Positions 24,070 to 64,000 of a DNA stretch of 64,000 bases are shown here, one piece after another. The stretch comes from Eledone cirrhosa (taxonomy: Eukaryota): positions 354,144,001 to 354,208,000 of the forward strand of contig OZ024740.1 in NCBI GenBank assembly GCA_964016885.1. The letters are read 5' to 3'. The translations under genes were made by a program, and so were the position numbers. Within the stretch, counting starts at the first letter, position 1. Every line of letters starts with the position of its first letter. The notes under the pieces were generated by a model. The model had not been told where the DNA came from and ran no database searches. It worked only from the letters and a program-made list of their open reading frames with translations.

Positions 24070-24420
24070 AATGAAATCTGCAGAAGATGGAACTCCTGTT
24101 CGATCGTGGAAGTACACATGTATTATCTGTAATACTTGTGCATTATATAACTTGTTATATAACTTCCAGGGGTTCCAGAAACCTCTCTGAGATTTTATCG
24201 ATTATATCGTTCTAATGAATCAGAGATGGTTCAGGTATGTTACACCTTTCTTTATCTATCAAAGTTTTGCTGTGTGTATAGTCCGTGCCATCAGGTGGTT
24301 TTCTTGGTGCCACACTTTATAACTGTTGTGTTTTACTCTGGACCTAATGTTTTTAACTTTCGATCCATTGAGTGCTTTGTGATTGCCTCAAACAAATCAA
24401 CTAGTACTAGTAAACTTCAA
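24070..24420 (+). repeat. Unclassified ~350-bp repeat; inverted copy at about 27430-27770
   Basis: ggaactcctgttcga..gtggaagtacacatgtatt...gattgcctcaaacaaatcaa matches the reverse complement of 27430-27770. Confidence 0.8.
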
Positions 24421-24427
24421 TGTAGAA

Positions 24428-24459
<32 letters not shown>

Positions 24460-24819
24460 CTCGAGGTCAATTTAAGGTCAATAAAAAAGTACCAGTCAGG
24501 TGTTGATTCTTTCTCTATATCTCTTTCTCACTTCCTTTCTTCCACTCTCTATCCTTCTCTGGAAAAATATCTGCTGTATTCAAACCTGGAGAGGAGATGG
24601 GCTCTGCCAGGTGAAAAGGTGCTCTAGAAAAGAATGTTGATATGGCATCCCTACGTCATCCTCAAAAGTTACGGATCTATACATACATATACATATATTA
24701 ATATACAAAGACACACTCATATAGAAGTAAAGTGAAATATTAGATATTAGTCAAGTAAGACCATTATCAAGCCAGGTAACTGTGTACTTGATATTTTAAA
24801 AACATTGATTATTCTTTAA

Positions 24820-25002
24820 CTATTAGTCATTAATTCATTATTCTCATTAGTCATTAATTCATTAGTCATTAGTCATTAATAATTAGTAATTATTCATTAA
24901 CTATTAGTCATTAATCATTAGTTATTAATTATTACTCATTAATAATTATTCATTAGTCATTAATCATTAGTCAACATTCATTAGTCCTTAATCATTAGTC
25001 AA
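24820..25002. repeat. Degenerate (TCATTAG/TCATTAA)n simple repeat
   Basis: Direct reading of the sequence. Confidence 0.8.
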
Positions 25003-25877
25003 AGCCCAGCCAAAATGCAGTTCTGCTATGTGCAGGGTATGGCATGTTCAACTGGTCAGACTTGCCTCATAACGAGACCAGCCAGTCTCTCACAGTGGTT
25101 GGTGTTAGGAAGAGCATCCAACAATTACAAAATCTCAGCCAAAATATAGTTCCACTATGAGCAGTGTATGGTGCAACCAACTGGGCAGACCCTCCTCGTA
25201 ACGAAACCACCCAGTTCCACACTGTAAACGTAGTTGGTGTTAGGAAGGGCATCAAGCTGTAAAACAACCAGCCAAAATGTATATATTTGATCAAGGAACG
25301 GTGTGGCCAAATGGCCAGACTTGTCTCATAACATGGATGACCTGTCTAACCCATGCAAGCATGGAAAAAATAGACATTAAATGGTGATGATGGTGATAAT
25401 ATATATAATAGGGATTTAGATCAATACAATGCTAAATGCATAGTAGCGTTTGCAATTATTTTGACCTTGCTGTCCACAAAGCTGCTTGACAATAACAGGT
25501 GTGCAAAATACTTGTATGCGAGCAAACACATAAGCGACATGTTCGCATAACAACAATACTCAAATAGAACATGTTCTGATGGATAAAAAAATCAAATAAA
25601 TTTAACAAGTTTAATGTCACCCCTTCCTAGAATGCTGACTATTTGACCTTTTTGATCTAGGCATTGTACCTTCAACTTTGCCTTGCTTAATTTCTTTTCT
25701 ATATCACTTTTTCAAGAGCTAATGTCTGGATTTTTTTTTTTATGTCTTTCAAATTCATCCTGGCTAAATTGGTACACATTTGTTTTATCTTGTTATCAAT
25801 TCAGTTTGGAGCATCCAGGGATTTGTATGTACACCTTTTGCTTTTCATATCAACTAAATCAAAACTTTAGTATTTAG

Positions 25878-26100
25878 GTCATGTCATCAGGGCAAAAATC
25901 TGACTACCCACATCCTTGAGGGACGAATATGGGGAAAAAGGGCCAGGGGACTGCAGAAAAGGAGATGGACAGATGATATTAAGGAATGGACAGGAAGGAG
26001 TTTGGCAAAATGTATGACAATGGCAAGAGACAGGAAAAGATGGAGAGTGCTGATTCATAAGTCCATGGCCCCCGAGCCTCAGATATGAGGATGAGATGAG
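25878..26100 (+). mobile_element. RTE-BovB-like 3' end
   Basis: ILEGRIWGKRARGLQKRRWTDDIKEWTG...ARDRKRWR, followed by (gatga)n. Confidence 0.75.
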
Positions 26101-26318
26101 AAGGAAGGAAGTCAAAAAGGCTCATCAAATTATATCTTACCATATGTTGCCATCATGTTTATATTGCAATCCCTGGTGCACTGGGCTGAACAATCCTGTC
26201 ATTAATGCACTGATATCATGGTGATCCCCAGCGGGCAGTTGACTCTTCCCTCCTCTTCAACACAAACTTGTACTGCACATATGCATACACATACAGACAC
26301 ACACATGAACACATTATA

Positions 26319-26654
26319 TCTATATATCTAAAACAGAGAATGTCTGTCTGTCTATCTGTCTGTCTGACTTCCTGAAACTCGAGGACCACCCAACCGATTG
26401 TTTCCAAACTTTACACATGTAATACTTATGGTCGTGTGAGTGTTTTGAGCAAAAAATACTTCAAATTTTCAATGCCCTAGGGATTGCCTTAGGCACCGGT
26501 AACGATCGCTCTCTATCTTTCTTAGTCTGTCTTTTTAGATAGATACATAGATATAACGTTGCACCCTTATAATATCTTTCTGTATGTCTGGCTGTCTGCA
26601 TTACGACACTATTTGTGTGTATGTGTGTGTATATATATGTATATATAGTGTGTG

Positions 26655-26713
<59 letters not shown>

Positions 26714-27151
26714 TGTAACGTTTTTCGAAATATTTACTTCTGCGTTCACAGATTGATTTTTTTAGTTTCAGAAGATCCCGTTAAGGGTGAAAGCAGCGAT
26801 TCTTTGCTTAAACTTTAATCTGTTATTTTAATATATATATATATATATATAATTATATATTCGTGTACAGATATTTTTGCATACACAATAAAATCTAAAC
26901 AAACATATTTATTTCACGAGGCTCGACAGCAGCAAACACAACCAAAAAAAAAAAAAAAGAGAGGGAACGCAATCACATGCTTTTGAAAAATCTTAATGGA
27001 AAATTATTTGCCTATTCACCCAAGGCGACTTTTCTTTTTATTAGTACTTCTGCATCAATTAGTGAAAATACGATGAAACTGTTTCAGAAAGGAGGGATAA
27101 ACATGCCAATCTATGTTTAGAATCCTGAGCAACGCCGGGCCATTCTGCTAG
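26319..27151 (+). mobile_element. Non-autonomous Helitron-like element
   Basis: A|TCTATATATCTAAAA..(gtct)n 5' end; 3' hairpin cctgagcaacgccggg then CTAG|T. Confidence 0.65.
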
Positions 27152-27221
27152 TATATATTAATTTCAAAAACACCGAAGATTCAATGCTTTGAATCTTCGG
27201 TGTTTTTGAAATTAATATATA
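27152..27221. repeat. Perfect palindrome, 33-bp arms, 4-nt loop
   Basis: tatatattaatttcaaaaacaccgaagattcaa-tgct-ttgaatcttcggtgtttttgaaattaatatata. Confidence 0.95.
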
Positions 27222-27279
27222 ACAGCTCTGTTACATATAAATAATATATAACAGCTCCAGTTAATAATATTAATGCTAC

Positions 27280-27345
<66 letters not shown>

Positions 27346-27367
27346 ATGTGTGTGTGTGTGTGTATAC

Positions 27368-27398
<31 letters not shown>

Positions 27399-28963
27399 TT
27401 GTAAATCAAACTTTAGCTGCAGTACAGCATATACAATTTGATTTGTTTTGAGGCAATCACAGAGCAATCAATGGATTGAAAGTTATAAACAAACACTAAG
27501 CGCAGAGTTAAACACCAAGTGTGACACCAAGATAACAGACGAAGGCACAAACTATACATATAGCAAAACTACGATAGATACAGAAATGTTTAACATACCT
27601 GGACCATCTCTGATTGATTAAAATCGATATAATTAATAAAATCTTAGAGAAGTTTCTGGAACCCCTGGAAGTTATAATAAAACAAGTTATATAATGCACA
27701 AGTATTACAGTTAATACATGTGTACTTCCACGCTCGAACAGGAGTTCCTTGTTCCGCAGGTTTCGTCCTTTTTAAAAAAAATTCAACTGTACCACAGAAT
27801 TTCATGTTGCCTGTATCATTGTAGCAGTAATCCAGTCTGTAGTCATGTAACCTTACTCAAAAGAGGAAGTCCATGAGTTGAAATTCTTTTTTGCTGGTTA
27901 TTTTTGGGTGATATATATATATATATATATAGTAGTAGTAAAGGTGAAAATGGATTGCGTTTGTAGGTGGTATGCCAAGATGAGCACTCGATGCTATTGG
28001 GGAGCAGAGTATTGATAATAATAATTAGGGAACAACTGATTCTTTGTTTCCTAATTGTTATTATTATTATATATATATACCTACTCTTTTAGTAGTTCCT
28101 ATCATTGGACTGCTGCCATGCTGAGGCACTCTCTTCAAGAGTTTAGTTGATCATATTGCCTTATTTTTATGTTTTAAGTTGGGTAATTATGTCATCAGTT
28201 TCTATCTGTCATAACACTATGTTACGGAACCTAAATAATCAGTGGCACTGGTTTATAGTTGTGTAGTCATGCACAGACACACATATATATATAGTGTTAA
28301 TGATTTACATGATACAAGCACCCAGTACATGCTGTAAAGCGATTAGTGATATGAAGGGCATCCAGCCATAGAAAGCTTGCCATAGAAAGCTTGCCAGACA
28401 AAGAGTTGGGAGGACCCTTCAGTTGTATCAAGGACATGACAACCTCTCTGGTGTTGGTGATCTGCATGGTAAAAGTACTCAGTACATGCTGTAAAGTGAT
28501 TGGTGATAGACATAAAACAATGATGATGATGATGATGATGTTAATGCTGATGCTGATACTGATGCTGGTGATGATGATGGTGATGATGTCACAACCAATA
28601 AAAATTTTCCAAAGTAACATTCCAATATCTTTGTTATTGTTATATTTGATATTTAATGTTTAATTTGAATTGCTTTAGCCATCCAAAAAAATATTTTATA
28701 CATATTCTGCAATGTGCGAAGCAAACTACAGTACTTTTCTACAGTTTTATTATTTTGTTTCAATGTAGAATTTATAATTGTATAACATACCATGAAACAA
28801 AAATAATTTTTAATCAAAATTACATTTTTTTTCTTTTAAAAATAAAAAATATAATGTTATTAAAAATTATATATAAAAATAATATAAAAGCAATTGGCAA
28901 AGAAGAGAAAAAGGTGATACTTTCTATCTTTCAATCAGATTTCATTAAAACTAATGGTTTGCA

Positions 28964-29021
<58 letters not shown>

Positions 29022-29247
29022 CAGGGTGTCCCAAAAAATGTATACACATTTTGATTACCTGTACAGGCAATACTTATTAGAATGAACAGCCTTTCCCAAA
29101 AACAAAATGATCTATAGACATAATTCACTTGTATGTAAACATTCAAAAATGTTTGCATAATTTAAATGATGCATATAAAACAGAATTTAATTTAATGCAT
29201 TTTTTCTTTTTTTGCTGTCGAAGTGTGATAAATTTTTTGGGGACACA

Positions 29248-29250
<3 letters not shown>
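29022..29250. mobile_element. Tc1/mariner-type MITE inserted in (TA)n
   Basis: ta[CAGGGTGTCCCAAAAAAT...ATTTTTTGGGGACACACTG]ta imperfect TIRs. Confidence 0.8.
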
Positions 29251-29287
<37 letters not shown>

Positions 29288-29590
29288 GAAAAGAATGATC
29301 TCACTTGTAGTTGGTATTCTAAACAATTTAATTTTATAATTTTACAATTTACAATTACAAGTGAAGTCATTATTTTCCTTTTTTCAATTATACTTAACTG
29401 TACCAAGGATTTCACACATTTTTCAAAATATAAATAAATAAATATATATATATATATAAATAAATAAATATATATATATATATAAATAAATAAATATATA
29501 TATATATATATATAAATAAATATATATATATATAAATAAATAAATATATATATATATAATTATGTAATAAACAACATAAGACAATTATTC

Positions 29591-29658
29591 CATTTACCAA
29601 AGGTTTCACAAAGACAGGCGAGCTCAACAGAGACGTCTGAAATCACTCATCAGAAATA
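29591..29658 (-). ncRNA. Degenerate hammerhead ribozyme motif
   Basis: tt-CTGATGA-gtga..agac...gtct..ttgt-GAAA-cc(ttt)gg-TA-aa; the base of stem II looks CpG-decayed. Confidence 0.5.
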
Positions 29659-30929
29659 CTTCATCATCATCATCATCTTCGTTTAACATCCATCCCTGAC
29701 CCTAACCCTAACCCCCATCTTCCACTTCATATATATATATATACACGTGGTGTTAGGAAGGGCATCCAGCCGTAGAAAATCCGCCAGACAGTCCTATACA
29801 AGCAAGACAACCAATCTTGCCCCACGTGGGACAATTCCCATCTAAACCCATGCTAGCGTGGAAGATAGACATTAAACCATGATGATGATGATGATAGACT
29901 GCAAGGTCATCAATTATATTTATATGATATCACATAACATGGCAATACACGTTTTCTTAAGGCTCCCAAATTACCATAGTTATAGCAATTATCAAAGTGA
30001 AATATATCTATTTATATGTACGTCACCACTATCAAATATCATAATAAATATCAGTTAGGTTCTAGAAGATATTTAAATGTCACCAGTTATCCTAGTGCTA
30101 TCAAATATTGTTTTTGTAAAATACCACTGATAAACAAAAGAATCAGTAATCACAGTAAAACCAAACATCAAAATATCAACGGTTATCTTAGTTATGAAAT
30201 GTTACAACACTATCAGATATTTCAGGACTATTAAATATTGCTGTGCTTAAGAATAATAATAATTCTATAAATGCTAGTGTTATCAGTTATCTCAGAAATT
30301 TGAGATATCACCAAATTATCACTCACCTCCATACTACCAGAAAGGACTGTGATATAAGCTGTTACAATATCATACAGATATCAAATTATCAGAGATAACA
30401 ATGCTGCTAAGTATCTTAGTGATTATCAGATATTACAGCACTATAAGTTATGTTTATCTCACAGTGCTAAATAGTTAGCAATAGTAACTGATAATTCTTG
30501 GTTTCAAAGGTTGTAACCAGCTCAATATATCCTATTTTCCATTGGTTATAGATACTTATGTTGGCAGTGTCATATGTACTGAGTTACTTGATGTGTTTCA
30601 TTGGGTTAGCCATTGTTCAGGACTCTGAGCTGTATTCTCTGACTCTGAAGTGGATGATTTTATGACATAGTCTTTTAAAGAAAGTTTGTTCATCATTATA
30701 ACAATTTAGTGTCATGCTGGTAGTAACATTTAAAAAAATAAGAAACAAGTCATTTTAAAAGCATTTTTGTTAGAGATATATTGTGCCATAGTCATTTTTT
30801 AATAGAAGACACATCATTTTAAAAGCATTTTTGATACAAAATTAATAAATCGAAAACAATATTGACTCTAAAGATTTCAAGCAATTTTACATTTCTAAAA
30901 TTGGACCTAAAACAGTTCTGTTGGCAAGG

Positions 30930-63098
<32,169 letters not shown>

Positions 63099-63296
63099 CT
63101 GCAAAAAAGAAATAAAGGAAATTTTAAAGTGACATCATTTTTTAATATTTCAATGTTGGTTCTTTTTTATACTACAAACAAATGTTATAAATGTATCTAA
63201 AATGATTAAAATATAATGTAAAAATAGCAAGTAGCACGAAAATAAAATTAAAAAGGTAATAAAACTATTTTCTTTTCTGTAATTGTATATATATAT

Positions 63297-64000
63297 CATC
63301 ATCATCATCATCATTTAACGTCTATCTTCCACGCTAGCATGGGTTTAGATGGGAATTGTCCCATTTGAGGCAAGATTGGTCATCTCGCTCGTACAGGACT
63401 GTCTGGCAGGTTTTCTATGGCTGGATGCCCTTCCTAACACCAACCACGTTGGGAGGTTTTTACCTATTTACCTACACGGCCACATTACAGCGTGGACTGG
63501 GTGTTTTTTATCGTGACACCTACACAACCTCATTTATTTAGGACTGGATGTTGTGGTACCAACAAAACTTTACAGAGAAAGGGGTGGTGTTGATGGGGGT
63601 GGGGGTGGGGTAGTGGGATGGGGGTGTATATTTGGTTAAGAGGTGCCTACTGACTGTAGGTTTCGCTTTGTACTTAGGCAAGGCGGGTCTTCTGTATTAC
63701 TGTGTAGCGCCAAAGATCTCGGTTCAGTGACATTGTCTTAGAGAGGTGCAAGTGTGTAAGGTCTGAATTTATCAAATCGTCCCAGGTTTTTCTGGGTCTG
63801 CCTACTCTGTAATTTCCATCAATTTTGATCGCCCTGCACGTTTTTATATAGCTGTCGTCTTTCATGCGCATCACGTGACCATACCAACGTAGTCTTCTCT
63901 CGAGTAAACAGCTTCTGATCCCTCTTATTCCTAATTTCTCACTTAGTTCATTTATGCTTTGCCGCTCACGTATATTACTATTACATATCCAATGGAGCAA
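63297..64000 (-). mobile_element. RTE LINE 3' part, running off the window
   Basis: ORF 63674-64000 and 3' UTR as in the other copies; (ATG)n tail next to (TA)n. Confidence 0.93.

Noticed and set aside
29695-29716. ccctaaccctaa telomere-like motif (also near 16510-16548)
   Set aside because: Only about two units, too short to call an interstitial telomere.

Overview
AT-rich animal genomic DNA, dense in (TA)n microsatellites and transposons. The repeat landscape suggests a cephalopod such as Octopus (inference). Three spliced host genes lie on the minus strand, rebuilt by hand from GT-AG junctions and reading phase. (1) A complete 6-exon PITHD1 (212 aa, 7940-15795). (2) The last four exons of a LAPTM/DUF4728-like multi-pass membrane protein with a long PPxY-bearing tail (30930-63098; 5' end off-window). 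(3) Two small 5' exons of an unidentified gene with a mitochondrial-presequence-like N-terminus (4668-2300). The rest is a nest of mobile elements: several RTE LINE copies, an apparently full-length TSD-flanked APE+RT LINE, three Penelope-like elements (one with a long open RT+GIY-YIG frame), CRE-like, R4-like and CR1/L2-like remnants, two tRNA-SINE families, two solo LTRs, a non-autonomous Helitron, and TTAA-, TA- and hAT-type MITEs. There is also a 56-bp minisatellite and a 2.5-kb 12-bp satellite. The most interesting non-obvious signals are: about eight hammerhead-ribozyme motifs, including two small inverted-repeat elements with U3-A8 variant cores; a pseudoknot-like candidate ribozyme at the exact 5' end of the full-length LINE; shared use of (TA)n as insertion site by unrelated element classes; and modular 3'-tail exchange between LINEs and a SINE.
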